64,000 bases of DNA, taken from NCBI RefSeq assembly GCF_006345805.1, contig NC_042997.1, positions 195,610,001-195,674,000 on the forward strand, read 5' to 3'. Position numbers and translations under genes: made by a program. A model generated the notes under the pieces. The model had not been told where the DNA came from. It saw only the letters and a list, made by a program, of their open reading frames with translations, and ran no database searches. Of the stretch, positions 39,369 through 53,988 are shown one piece after another. Numbering within the stretch: the stretch's first letter is position 1; every line of letters begins with the position of its first letter. This DNA comes from Octopus sinensis (Eukaryota).

Positions 39369-39469
39369 AACAACAAACAAGATGAGGACAAATATACGTC
39401 AAATGTAAATAATGTAAATAATGTAAACTTATTTTAGTTTTCAAATTGGCAGTAACAATAGTTATTGTC

Positions 39470-39735
39470 TCCTTCTTCTTCTTCTTCTTCTTCTCCTTCT
39501 TCTTCTTCTTCTTCTTCTTCTTCTTCTTCTTCTTCTTCTTCTTCTTCTTCTTCGTCTTCTTCTTCTTCGTCATCGTCATCATCATCATCATCATCATTCA
39601 TCATCATCATCACCGTCATCATCATCATCACCGTCATTATCATCATCATCATCATCATCGTCGTCGTCGTCGTCATCATCATCATCATCATCATCATCAT
39701 CACCGTCACCGTCATAATCATCATCATCATCACCG

Positions 39736-39778
<43 letters not shown>

Positions 39779-39860
39779 TCATCATTCATCATCATCATCA
39801 TCATCATCATCTTCGTCATCGTCGTCGTCGTCGTCGGCTTCATCATCGACTTCGTCAGGC
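39470..39860. repeat. Compound (CTT)n/(CAT)n microsatellite
   Basis: Directly visible. Confidence 0.95.
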
Positions 39861-39920
39861 GTACGTGACATCAGGTTTAAAACAACACTAAGCAGAAGAT
39901 GCTTATAATCAATTTTCTAA

Positions 39921-39960
<40 letters not shown>

Positions 39961-39971
39961 ATATATATAAC

Positions 39972-40004
<33 letters not shown>

Positions 40005-40012
40005 ATATATAT

Positions 40013-40044
<32 letters not shown>

Positions 40045-40668
40045 GTGTGTGTGGTGTGTGTGTGTGTGTCTGTGTGTGTGTGTGTGTGTATTTAAGTATG
40101 TATTTTCCCCATTCATTTATTATCCGACTGGAATCCAAAAGCAGTTTGAGAAAGCATCATTACACGTAATATTCCTATCTCTACTTTGACAACTCCAACA
40201 AAAAAACAACAACAACAAAAAAAACAAAAAAAACAAAAAACAAAGGGACATATACACGATTTGTAGAATTCACGCCTCTCGTTTACTTAAAAATATGGGA
40301 GAGAGACAGAGAGTAGAGAGTGTGGTTGGGCAGAAGTATTAAAGAAAGGCAAACAAAATTTGCCTAATTTCTTTCAGATGAAGATTATTTACTTTGTAAA
40401 TGATTTATCCATGGTATAATTATTTTCCTTTATATCAATATCAAAATAGAAAAATGTCATAATTTAAGTTAGAGAAAGAAAAGATTGCAGGGATTCTCGT
40501 TCTTGCGATGTATGTCTCCATAATCCATCATGAATATATATATATATATATCAAGACAAGAAACAATTGTAGTGGCGGTTTTTTTTACTATTTATTAAAA
40601 TTTTATGTATTGATTAAGTCTTTCCTTGTTTGTTTTGCAAAATAGTGGTTTTGTCTCTAATAATATTT

Positions 40669-40724
<56 letters not shown>

Positions 40725-42014
40725 TGTGTGTGCGTGTGCGTGTGTGTGTGTGTGTGAGTGTTTGTGTGTCTGCGTGTGTGTGTGTCTGCGTGTGTGTGTT
40801 TATTTCTTTATTTATATATATATATATGCATATATAAATATGTGTGGTGGATGTATATATATGTATGTACATGTAGATGTGTCCATCTCTCTCTCTCTCT
40901 CTCTCTTTATCTATTTATTTATCTATCTATCTATCTATGTATGTACGTATATGCATATGTACGTATACCTGTATGCATGTGCAAGTTGGTTGAAAACGGG
41001 CGACTGAAAGTAACATGACAGATATAATTACAGAAAGGCGGGAAAAAGAATATGCACATATATGTATGTATATACATATATATGTATATATGTATGAATG
41101 TATATATGTATGTATGTACGTATGTGTGTATTAGAAAGCCAGGTAGAATAGACAAACTTAAGATGATAATGTAATGGTGTAATGATAATAATACTAATAA
41201 TACTAATAATTATTATTCTTTTGAAATAATAATAAAACAATTAAAATATCTAATTTTTTCTCTTTTTACCTTGGCATTAATTTGTTAGTACCTTGATTAG
41301 TAAATTACTGTATAAAACAATCAATTTATTTAGGCATTAGTTTCGTGGTGGTGTTGGTGGTGGTTGTGGTGGTGGGTGATGGACTTGATGGTGAGGTGGT
41401 GGTGGTGGTGGTTGTCGTTGTCCAGGTGATGGTTGTCGTTGTCCTGGTGATGGTTGTAGCAGTGATGTTAGTTGTGGTGGTGGTGGTGGTGTGTTGGTCG
41501 TCGTCGTCGTCATGATGGTGATGCTGCCGATGCCGATAATGATGATGATGATGACGATGATGATGAGAGGTGATGGTGGCGTTTACAGTGGATGTAGATG
41601 TAGACGAGGAGGTGTGAGTATTTCAACAAATGAAGATAAAGCACTTTCACTGTAGATTCATTAAGAAGACCAAAAAAAAAAAAAAAATTGAAACACAAAC
41701 AAAATTAAAAATAAAAATACAAAAAAAAAATAATAAAAACATAGAGAAGAGTGCGATAGATATAAATTTTCAGTTGATGTTAAATGTCTGCTTAAAAACC
41801 AATGATTCTGGAGGAATTTATCGTCTCATAATGGAACCATTAGCTGTCTATATGGTTGTTGGCAGGCTTCGACTACTTAAGAAACGGTTTGGATGCTGCG
41901 TTTAATATAAATAGCTATTAGTGTCAATTTGAAAACTATTTCATTTGCTAAAAGATTAATAATACCAAGCGATCAGAAATTCAATGTTACTCGTTTGTTT
42001 AAAGTTGAAAACAG

Positions 42015-42049
42015 TAATAGTAATAATAATAATGATAATAATAATAATG

Positions 42050-42085
<36 letters not shown>

Positions 42086-42106
42086 GATAATAACAATAAT
42101 AATGCA

Positions 42107-42205
<99 letters not shown>

Positions 42206-42257
42206 CAATCATCATCATTATTATTATTATTATTATTATTATCATTATCGTCATCAC

Positions 42258-42313
<56 letters not shown>

Positions 42314-42410
42314 ATGTCTTCCCCATCATCATCATTGACGTTATCATTATCATTTTTGCCATTATCATCTATGTTATTACGTTTCTCTCTCTCTCTCTCT
42401 CTCTCTCTTT
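42015..42410. repeat. Compound (TAA)n/(TTA)n/(CAT)n/(CT)n microsatellite
   Basis: Directly visible. Confidence 0.95.
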
Positions 42411-42719
42411 TTGTGTATTTTTCTTTAGAAATTGTATTTTCATTTTTCAATTCGTTGTTATTTTACTTTATTCTAACCCTACACCCCATACCAATTTTAC
42501 ATTTCACCCCACCACACCCCATCCCGCCAGCCATCGCCTCCTTCACAGATCTGTGTTTTCTAAAACATCACTATTCATTCCTTGAATGGTAATCCATTCC
42601 ACCAATAAACATTTGCGATTCAATGAATGTGGAAGGTAGGAGAGGATAGGTGTTACACCGAAATATATTGAAAAAAAGAAAACAAAACAAAACAAAAATC
42701 AACTACTAAAAAACAAGAG

Positions 42720-43271
42720 AGGAAGCGATACAGATATAGAGTTAGATAGGTAGATAGAGAGATAGACAAAGTGTAAGAGATACATAGATTGATACATAGA
42801 TAGATAGATTGATGCTTGGACAGATAGGAAGAAATAAAACGATGACAGAGCGTAGGAGATAGATAGGTAGGTAGAAAAAGACAGATTGACAGAGACAGAG
42901 TATAGTAGATGGATACATAGATAGATAGATAGATAAATAGATAGAGCGAGAGAGAGACAGACTTATGTAGAGTTAGATAGAAGTCGATAAATACATGGAT
43001 TAATGAATAGATAGAGGGAAATATAGACAGAGGTAACAAAATGTTGACGAAAGATATAGAGATAAAGACAGAGAGGGTATATGAGTTAGATAAATAGGTA
43101 GCTAGAGAGATGGATAGAGCAAGAGGGACAGAATTATGTAGAGTTTGATAGAAGCAGATAGATACGTGAATTAATGCATAGAGAAATATAGACTGAGGTA
43201 ACGAAATGTTGACGAAAGATATATAGAAAGATAGATAAAGAGAGAGAATATGTGTTAGATAAGTAGGTAGG

Positions 43272-43327
<56 letters not shown>

Positions 43328-43735
43328 GAGATTGATAGATAGATAGAGAGATAGACAGATTTATGTAGAGTTAGATAGAAACAGATAGATATATTGATTA
43401 ATGCATAGAGAGAAATATAGACGGAGGTAACGAAATGTTGACGAAAGATATAGAGATATATAGATAAAGATGAGAGAGTATATGAGTTAGATAAGAAGGT
43501 AGATAGATTGGTAGATAGATAGATAGATATATAGATAGATAGATAAATAGATAGATAGGTAGATGATGGATAGATAGATGGATAGATAGATATATAGATA
43601 GATAGATAGAATATAGGAAATAGATATATTGATGCATGGTTAGATAGAAAGATAGAGATAGAAAGGGTATAGGAGCAAGATAGATAGAGAGATAGATTGA
43701 TGCATAGATAGAAATAGAGATAGATAGAGATGACT
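42720..43735. repeat. (GATA)n-derived higher-order tandem repeat
   Basis: gaggtaac(a/g)aaatgttgacgaaagatata recurs at ~43030, 43195 and 43424. Confidence 0.8.
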
Positions 43736-44452
43736 GAGGGGTAATATCCTAGAGAAAGAGAAAATTGAAAAAAGAATTTCCAAGAAGGAATGAGAATGTA
43801 AGAAAGAGACATAAAAAAAAACAAAACAGCCAGAGGATGAATATAAAGAAGATGGAAAAGAGAAAACTAAGAGGAACGAGTAATTGCAAGAAGGAGAGAA
43901 AGAGATAGAGATAGAGATAGATAGATAGATAGATAGATAGAGAGAGAGAGGGGGGGAAGGGGAGTAAGCTGAGGAGAGAAATAAAGGAGGATAAATAGAG
44001 GCAGAGATAGAAAGAGTGGGTTAGAGAGGGAGTGAGGGAGAGAGAGAGAGGAGGAAATGAATTTGCTAAATTGTAAATTTGTTTAATGGCTTAACACACT
44101 TGTATAGCTTTTTGTGGATGCCTGTCTTTATTGATTGCATACACATACAACACTCACCGAACGCATATCTGGACATAAACATACCTTGTATATATATATA
44201 TATTGAATAAAAGCCAACATGCGTCTGCTGGCACATACATGCATACAAATGTGTCCATGTGATTCACATATTAATTATATAGTTATGTATATATATATAT
44301 TTATGTATGCATGCATAATGAGTGTATATTATATATGTACATATAAACGCACACACAGATATATATATATAAACGCATGTATACGTCAGTCTGTCTCTAT
44401 GTATGTGTGTATGTACGTATATATGTATATACGTACATATGTACATACATAC

Positions 44453-44483
<31 letters not shown>

Positions 44484-44622
44484 GATAGATAGATATAAAC
44501 ACACACACATATGTGTCCGTGTGTGAATGTAGTCAAATCGAAAACTGCATATAAGAAAACACACACACACGCGCGCGCGTATATACATACATATATAATG
44601 TAAATTTATATCACATACATAC

Positions 44623-44672
<50 letters not shown>

Positions 44673-44737
44673 GATATACATATATATATACATATACATG
44701 TGTGTGTGTGTGTCTGTGTATGCATACACATATATAT

Positions 44738-45986
44738 ACAAGGGACAAAATAATGGAAACACCTTAAAATTTTAAACAAATTTATTTTAATATGAGGTAG
44801 GATTGCTTTTGGCAGTAATTATAGCTTGAATTCTACAAGGTATGGACTCGTACAAAGTTTGAATTGTTTCCAAAGGAATTTTTGTCCATTCTTCAGCTAA
44901 AACAGTCACCAGTTCTTGTAGTGATGATGGTGGAGGATATCGACTCCTTACTTGTTTTTCTAAAATGCACCTTAAATGTTCAATAATATTGAGATCTGGG
45001 AACTGTGGTTGCCATATAAGATGTTCAACTTCACTAGAATGTTCCTTGTGCCATTCAGTAACAACTTTAGCTGTGTGAATTGGTGCATTATCATCCTGAA
45101 AGATTACGTTTCCCTCCGGAAACAGTTTCGCAACCATAGGATGAATTTGATCAGATAAAATGCTTAAATAGTCTTGACTATTAATTCTGCTATGAAGGGA
45201 AACCATATATAGCCCCCCCCCCAGATTATCACAGATCCTCCTTTATGTTTAACAGTTGGAAGAAGGCAGTGTGGGTCAAATGCTTCTTTTGGCTGTCTCC
45301 ACACGTATACTCGGCCAGTGGTCGGAAATAAGGTAAAGGATGACTCGTCCGAGAAAGTAACATTCTTCCACTGCTTTATGGACCAATTCTGAAGGTTTTT
45401 GCTCTACTCTAAACACTTTGTAACAATTGTTTTTGAAAGTAGTGGTTTTCTAATTGCAGCCCTCCTGTGAAATTTGGGTTTGTGCACCTCCCGGCGAACA
45501 GTTTTTGTGGAAACTGGGTTCTCAAGGTAGTCATTAAGCTCTGTAGTGATTTTGGAAGCTGGACATTTGTGATCTTTTCTAACAATTCGCGTAAGAGTCC
45601 GACGGTTCCTATCTAAAAGTTTTGGTTTTCTTCCGGAGTTCTGCTTCACCAAGGATGATTATCCCTCTTTTTCAAAGGCTGTCATTACTTTCGAGACAGT
45701 ACTTCTTGATGCACCAAATATTTCGGCTGTTTTCCTTACGCTAGCGCCTGCCGTACGAGCACCAACAATTTGATCTCTTTGAAAATCCGATAGATCTGTC
45801 ATTTTAATGAATTTTAATTACCTTTTTCTGATGATATCTGAAAAGAAACAGCAATTTTAGCAAAACATATTAAGCAACACTAATAATAAATCAAAAAAAC
45901 CTAAACAAGCTTTTGACGGTTTTATAGATATTTAAAAATTATGATGCTATGATGCTAGGTGCTTCCATTCTTTTGTCCAACCCCTG
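44738..45986 (-). mobile_element. Tc1-family DNA transposon, near full length, inactive
   Basis: TIR caggggttggacaaaagaatggaagcacc (right) vs caagggacaaaataatggaaacacc (left), in TA context. Confidence 0.9.
44787..45802 (-). pseudogene. Tc1 transposase pseudogene (DD36E)
   Basis: MTDLSDFQRDQIVGAR..SRSTVSKV, SGRKPKL, WKNVTFSDES, FQDDNAPIH...PDLNIIE; in-frame stops and a deletion near 45205. Confidence 0.88.
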
Positions 45987-46299
45987 TGTATATATACCAT
46001 TTGTTCATATCAAAGAAGACAAAAGTACACAATACCTGGTGTATAGCAGGTGGTTATATTTATTCCAATTAAGCTCTCTGGCATGGATTCCAGTTTCACA
46101 AATATGCGATGAATCAAGCACCCACGTCCAAATGGAAAATGAATGTTTATCCGAGGTGGTATCTGCTCTCTGCAGTTGTTCTTAACCAATGAAGGAGTGA
46201 GATTCAGGCATCATCTTAGTTAAAGGCACCAATATAATAATGAAGTAATGATAAAGATTCATGAAACTCATTATTATATATTATATATATATATATATA

Positions 46300-46747
46300 G
46301 TGACGTACTTTTGCCATTTAAATATGGCTAACCCCTAAGGGTGGATGCTACTGTAGTTTGTAGCCCCAGGAGGACACCTCCTCCAGTTGGCCATAGACAC
46401 ACTTTCTGTGCCCTTTGAGTGTTTGCAAAGGGAAGCCATCCTTCCCGTCTTCAACTTATGATACACACGGACTCGAGTTTCTGAGTATTGACCCGTCATC
46501 GGCGTGTAACAATCACAGTTGTCGATGAGAAGCAGGTTCCCCATCACAAACACTTATACTTTTTCCAGTATCGATAGACACTGATATCGAAAAAGTGTAA
46601 ACAAGCAAAGGCTTCCCTTTGCAAACACTGATAGGGCTTAGAGAGTGTGTCTATAGCCAGCTGGAGGAGGTGCCTTCCTGGGGCTACAAACTACAGTAGC
46701 ATCCACCCTTATGGGTTAGCCATATTTAAATGGCAAATGTACGTCAC
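46300..46747. mobile_element. Inverted-repeat element with ~138-bp arms
   Basis: gtgacgtac.tttgccatttaaatatggctaaccc...gcaaagggaagcc is reverse-complementary to 46609-46747. Confidence 0.88.
46465..46507 (-). ncRNA. Minimal hammerhead-like fold (core variant CCGAUGA)
   Basis: ACACG-CCGAUGA-C-GGGU-CAAU-ACUC-A-GAAA-CUCGAG-UC-CGUGU. Confidence 0.65.
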
Positions 46748-46832
46748 GATGTGTTGAAGCTACTGTTTATAACTCACTCTGAGATCTATTATTGCTTGTT
46801 TATATATATATATATAATATATATATATATAC

Positions 46833-46965
46833 TTTATTTAAAAGCAGCAGAAATTCAACAAAACCTGAATTTCTGCTGCTTTTAAATAAAGCATATTACT
46901 CTACCCCTGGTATTTGAGTACTCTTTTTTCCACCTTGTTTCACATTTATGTGTTTACTCCGGTAT
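46833..46965. repeat. Short palindrome plus unique tail between (TA)n tracts
   Basis: ctttatttaaaagcagcagaaattca / tgaatttctgctgcttttaaataaag. Confidence 0.8.
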
Positions 46966-46996
46966 AATATATATATATATAATATATATATATATA

Positions 46997-47207
46997 TACA
47001 AGTTTGTCCAAAAGTAGGCTTACAGTTATCGCATAGGCACTTTAGAATTTCTTTTAAAACATTTTATTACATTTAAATTTCTATCTTACAATTAACTAAA
47101 TTAGCATAGAATAATGAGTTCATATTTTTTTATAATTAAGATCTAAACTGTTAATATATGAATGCGAAAGAGATAGTTGGAAACTGTAAAACTACTTTGG
47201 GGACACC

Positions 47208-47212
<5 letters not shown>
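46997..47212. mobile_element. Tc1/mariner-type MITE
   Basis: tacaagtttgtccaaaagtaggcttacagtt / aactgtaaaactactttgggacaccctgta, TA flanks. Confidence 0.65.
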
Positions 47213-47284
<72 letters not shown>

Positions 47285-47294
47285 TGTATGTATG

Positions 47295-47339
<45 letters not shown>

Positions 47340-47356
47340 TATATATGTATGTATAT

Positions 47357-47602
47357 ATAAAATATGAATTAGAGATAAAACCACTATTATGCATCTCAAA
47401 CAGTGATAGATATAAACCAATACATAAATAACAAATAATATATATATAATAAATATAATATATAATATATATATAAATATATATATTCTTTTTATTTGCA
47501 TAATAGTGGTTTTATCTCTAATTCATATTTTATTTATACTGTGAAATTTGATTTAATACTAAATTGAATTTTTCATTGTAAGTCTGGAGCTATACTCCCT
47601 AA
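47357..47602. repeat. Inverted repeat element (~37-bp arms) with tail resembling 32311-32397
   Basis: aaaatatgaattagagataaaaccactattatgca / tgcataatagtggttttatctctaattcatatttt. Confidence 0.75.
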
Positions 47603-47762
47603 TATATATATATATATATATATATATTCACACACATAAATATATGTACATACATAGATAGATTCCACTCTTTGGTCTGTGTGATTCTACCTAACCAGTT
47701 GTGCCTCGTTAATGCGCGTCGATTCTTTATGGGATGTACATATACACACATGCAAAGGCAAA

Positions 47763-47819
<57 letters not shown>

Positions 47820-48349
47820 ACACACACACATAGTTTACAATCTGAGTTATTTAACAAAGATATTACTTCAAACAGTGAGAAATAAATATTTAACACGCAC
47901 AGTATCAAAATGTGAGCTCTTATTAGTTTCATACTGTGGAAACAATAAGTCGGCAGATTCATATATCATGTCTCGTGGCACCAAGCAATTCTTCAGGCAC
48001 AAATACACAATATAGCTGGTCTTATTTGAGAAAACGAAGTACGTTGCTGTATAAGAAAAAAATGGGAAAAGAACAGGAGATAGAATGCTAAAGGTGAACT
48101 GAGAAAAAGCAGAGCGAAAAAAAAAGGCAAAGACAATGTAAAAGACAGAAGAAAAAAATCCAAGAGTTGCGTTCTCTTCGTCCGTCGAAATCAAAATTCA
48201 AATGTATACATACATACATAGATGGATTCCACTCTTTGCTCTGTGTGATTCTATCTAGCTAGTTGTGCCTCGTTGATGTGCGTCGATTCTTAATGGGATG
48301 TACACATACACACATGTAAGGGCAAACATGCACACACACTCACGCGAGT

Positions 48350-48556
48350 GCGCAGTGGAAGAATGTTACTTGGTCCCTAGAGCAGTGGAAGAATGTTACC
48401 TTCTTGGACGAGTCATACTTTACCTTATTTCTGACCACGGCCGTGTATACGCGTGGAGACAGTCAAAAGAAGTGTTTGACCCACACTGCCTTATTGCAAC
48501 TGTTAAACATGGAGGAGGATCTGTGATAATCTGGCGCGGGGTGGGGGGGCTATATC
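48350..48556 (+). mobile_element. Internal fragment of the same Tc1 family, opposite orientation
   Basis: GRVYAWRQSKEVFDPHCLIATVKHGGGSVIIW; reverse-complementary to 45208-45375. Confidence 0.85.
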
Positions 48557-48944
48557 TTTTTTACTCTAAGCACAAGGCCCGACCTTTTTGGAAAGGGGGC
48601 CAGTCGATTAGATCAACCTCAGTACGTAACTGGTACTTAATTTATCGATACCAAAATGATGACAGGCAAAGCCGACCTCCGCGGAATTTGAACTCAGAAC
48701 GTAAAGACAGGCGAAATACCTATTTCTTTACTACCCACAAGGGGCTAAATACAGAAGGGACAAACAAGGACAGACAAACGGATTATATCGACCCCAGTGC
48801 GTAACTGCTACTTATTTAATCGACCCCGATAGGATGAAAGGCAAAGTCGACATCGGCGGAATTTGAACTCAGAACGTTGTGACAGACGAAATACCGCAAA
48901 GCATTTCACCCGGCGTGCTAACGTTTCTGCCAGCCGCCGCCTTA
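48557..48944 (-). mobile_element. SINE family B dimer
   Basis: Two core units, one head. Confidence 0.85.
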
Positions 48945-49289
48945 ATCAATATCTATAAAGCTGAAATGCGAAAAAGTTTTTGATTTCTTGGTTATTTGTC
49001 TCATTTTGGGAAAGGAACAGTTTAAGGGGCAGTGGATGGGGTCGGATGGGCGCTAAAATTTACACTGGGGGTAAAATGGGGTAGGCAATGATGTGAGGAG
49101 GGTTGCAAGTCGCTCGGGGCTACCGTTTGGTTGCCATGATCGCCAAAACCCAAGCAAAGCACGGGTCAAAATAATTAGTCATAATATATAACAGGTGTAA
49201 AACAATTCAACGGAGGTAGGGTTGTTGGCCAAAGTCAGTCTGAAGTGGGGGTTGCCTTCAATTTCAACAAATAAATTTGTCCATATGTT

Positions 49290-49661
49290 TACATTTACCA
49301 TAATTTCAGAATATCATCTGATAAATTCGGAATAGGCTCAACTTTAACTTTCTCTTTTTCACAGCTTAGGGAAATTGGTTGAGCAGGCTTTGCAATGCGG
49401 GCATACATAATCACCAAAACTGCCACAGCTGTGAGACCGATGGGATACTGGGATCCTATTTTCGTCAAAATCATCTTGCACTGCAATTAAGTTATAATCT
49501 GCGATCATTTCATCGATTTCACTATCCGCGATGGAAATATTTTGTAACTCATCATCTTTGACTTGCAATTGCGCTCGAGTGTTATAGGTTTGTTCGATAG
49601 CTCTAACTGTATGAGAACCTCTCCTTGATCGACGTTCTGTGGTATTGCTCTTGTTCTGCAA
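49290..49661 (-). mobile_element. Possible Helitron Rep/helicase N-terminal remnant
   Basis: HSCGSFGDYVCPHCKA, then in another frame SCEKEKVKVEPIPNLSDDILKLW, resembling the Helitron C.HC.A...CC..GKV...P motif. Confidence 0.45.
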
Positions 49662-49725
49662 CTCTGACAGCCCGATTTAGCCTACTTGCTCGACGTGCTG
49701 TCTTTAAGGTTTAAGATCCAAATGA

Positions 49726-49797
<72 letters not shown>

Positions 49798-49859
49798 AGA
49801 AAGAGAGAGAGACTGCCAGTATCTACCCTATCAGGAGGACAAGCCTTATCCAACCTGAA

Positions 49860-50130
49860 TTAAAAAAAGCAAAATGGTAATCATCTGCAAAGAAATCCAT
49901 AAACGAATCTGGTCCAACATTCTATGTATGCAAGACATTGACTTGAAACTCAGCATACTGACAAACAAGATTCCCAGAGACAGATAAATACTTATAAGAC
50001 GCAGGTCAAAGTTCTCAAAGCAGCTGAATAGGCAACTGAAGGATAAGAAGACGTCTATCTTAACACGGACTCTCCTAAATATTGTAAACCAGATGAAACC
50101 CTCTGAGAAAGAGAAAGAGCTGAGAGAGAG

Positions 50131-50171
<41 letters not shown>

Positions 50172-50860
50172 CTGTGGAAAGCATGAAAACAAATCTCTGT
50201 AAATTCGCAAAGGAAACAGCCACAATACAATATAAAATAGGACCATTGTTCCAAGGGAATGACTCACTGACTGCGGAGCCAGGACGGATAAGTTTTTAAC
50301 GAAGCGATCAGTATTTGATCCTCACGATCAGCGGACCTAATTCTGCATTTCACTACTCACAGTTTTCAACTGCTAAACCTTATTATTGCACTTTCTTCAT
50401 GCATGTATCATTTCAATGCCCATAACTCCGATAATTCTGCATTTTTCCAGCTATAATTTTTCCATGACACTACATAAACTCAGTGAACTTTCCAAAAGTG
50501 TCTTCACTTACTCCCTTGGAAACATGCAGATAAAAAAACCGGTTGAATTCTTTAATATTACAGTTCTAATAAAGGAGGCACCAGCCATTGATTACTTCAA
50601 CATTGAGGAGACAGATGTAACAGCGGCCATGGATGAAATGAGCTCATACTCCGCAACTGGTTCTGATGGTTTCCCAGCTATTCTCCTAAAATCATGTAAG
50701 CAAGCTTCAGCGAAACTACTTCAGATACTTTTCCAAAGTTTCCTTGCAAGTGGTAAAGTTCCTAAAAAGCTAAAAGAAGGCATTATATACCCTATCCACA
50801 AAGGTGGAAGGAGAGCAAAGGCCAGTCTCTCTGACTTCACATGAACAAATCTAAGCATCT
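49860..50860 (+). mobile_element. Decayed APE-type LINE (CR1/L2/Jockey group) ORF2 fragments
   Basis: DVTAAMDEMSSYSATGSDGFPAILLK...LLQILFQSFLASGKVP..LKEGIIYPIHKGG is typical RT N-terminal region. Confidence 0.75.
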
Positions 50861-51174
50861 CCCCCAACCGAACATGCTTTATGTATGTATTTTCATGCAT
50901 ATACTTGCATATCTAGACACGCTCATATATACTTATATGATAAACTTCTGGAAAGTTTTACAGATTTTTACAGTTCCAGTGATGGACTGGATCTGTAGTC
51001 TTCGAATTAGCTTGCTCTTTTCTGGTTTTGAGAAGCCTAATTTCTCAAGATTGGGATTTAGGCAGTGTGTTAGATATCCCAAGGCCCCAATATTAATAAT
51101 ATGTATGCATGTTTGCATGTATGTATGTATGTATGTATGTATGTATGTATGTATGTATGTATGTATGTATGTAT

Positions 51175-52760
<1,586 letters not shown>

Positions 52761-52856
52761 TATTATATAATATATATATATAATATATATAATATTATAT
52801 ATAATATATATATATTATATATATATATATATATATGTATGATTTATGTATGTATG

Positions 52857-52904
<48 letters not shown>

Positions 52905-53199
52905 TTATGTATGTATATGCACACACATATATGTGTGTACGTGTGTGTGTTGTTCGTGCATTTGTGTATGTTTGTGTGTATTGTTCATTATAAATGTATC
53001 TTAGCTTTTGTTTATCTTTCTTATTTATTTATTTTTTTCTTTCATCCTTTTTTTTAATTAAATATATTTTTTTTTTGTGGAATTTCAATTGCAGGAAATG
53101 AGTTTTAGCACTGATGAATAATAATTCCATAATGCAAAAACAGAAAAAAAACACAAAAACAAAAAAAAAAAACTACAAAAAAGACAAAAACAAAATGCA

Positions 53200-53585
53200 T
53201 CAGGTGTTGCTACATGGTATGAAGTTTGCCACATGCCGACCTTCATGATTTCGGCTTCAATCCCGCTGCGTGGCACCTTAAGCTAGTATCTTCTACTATA
53301 CCGTGAAGTTGATAAAAGACTTGTGAGTCGATTTTGTAGACCAATGTGAAAGAGATCCGTCGTATTTATTCTTGTATTCTTTTATTTGTGTCAGTGCTTT
53401 GAGTGCGGCCATGCTGGAGCACCGCTTTTAGTCGAGCAAATCGCCCCAAGGCTTATTCTTTGTAAGCCTAGTACTTATTCAGCGATTTCTTTTGCCAAAC
53501 CGCTGTGCTACAGGGACCTAAACACACCAGCATCGGTTGTCAAGCAATGTTGGGGGTGGGGACAAACACAGACATACAAACACAC
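53200..53585. mobile_element. SINE A-related fragments (head +, tail -)
   Basis: 53200-53365 diverged head; 53380-53585 reverse-complement tail. Confidence 0.7.
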
Positions 53586-53699
53586 ACACACACACACACC
53601 ACACACACACACACACACATACACACACACACACACATACACACATACACACATATATATATATATAAGAAGGTGAAAAAGGAACACACGAGCTGATAT

Positions 53700-53988
53700 A
53701 TATGGAAAAAGGTCTACATAGAACATGCTAAAATAATTTTATAAAAAACATTTCCGTACCGGTTTCAATCATTGAGACTTTTTCAACTGTAAGTATGGGA
53801 AACAATTAAATTTTGGAAAAATTAAAAAAAGTTTACTATGCAAATATTATTTTTAAAATCTTTTCTTTTATATTTTCCCAAATTCAATTGTTTCCCATAC
53901 TTACAGTTGAAAAAGTCTCAATGACTGAAACCGGTACTGAAATGTTTTTTATAAAATTTCTTTAGCATTTTTTTATTTTGACGTTTTC

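Larger units (their letters stand above)
37105..39430. mobile_element. Palindromic (head-to-head) element with tRNA-like head and terminal hammerheads, split by a Dong LINE
   Basis: 37115-37250 is reverse-complementary to 39293-39425; symmetry centre ~39268 (accactacgccatatgccc/ggggatatggcgtagtg). Confidence 0.8.
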
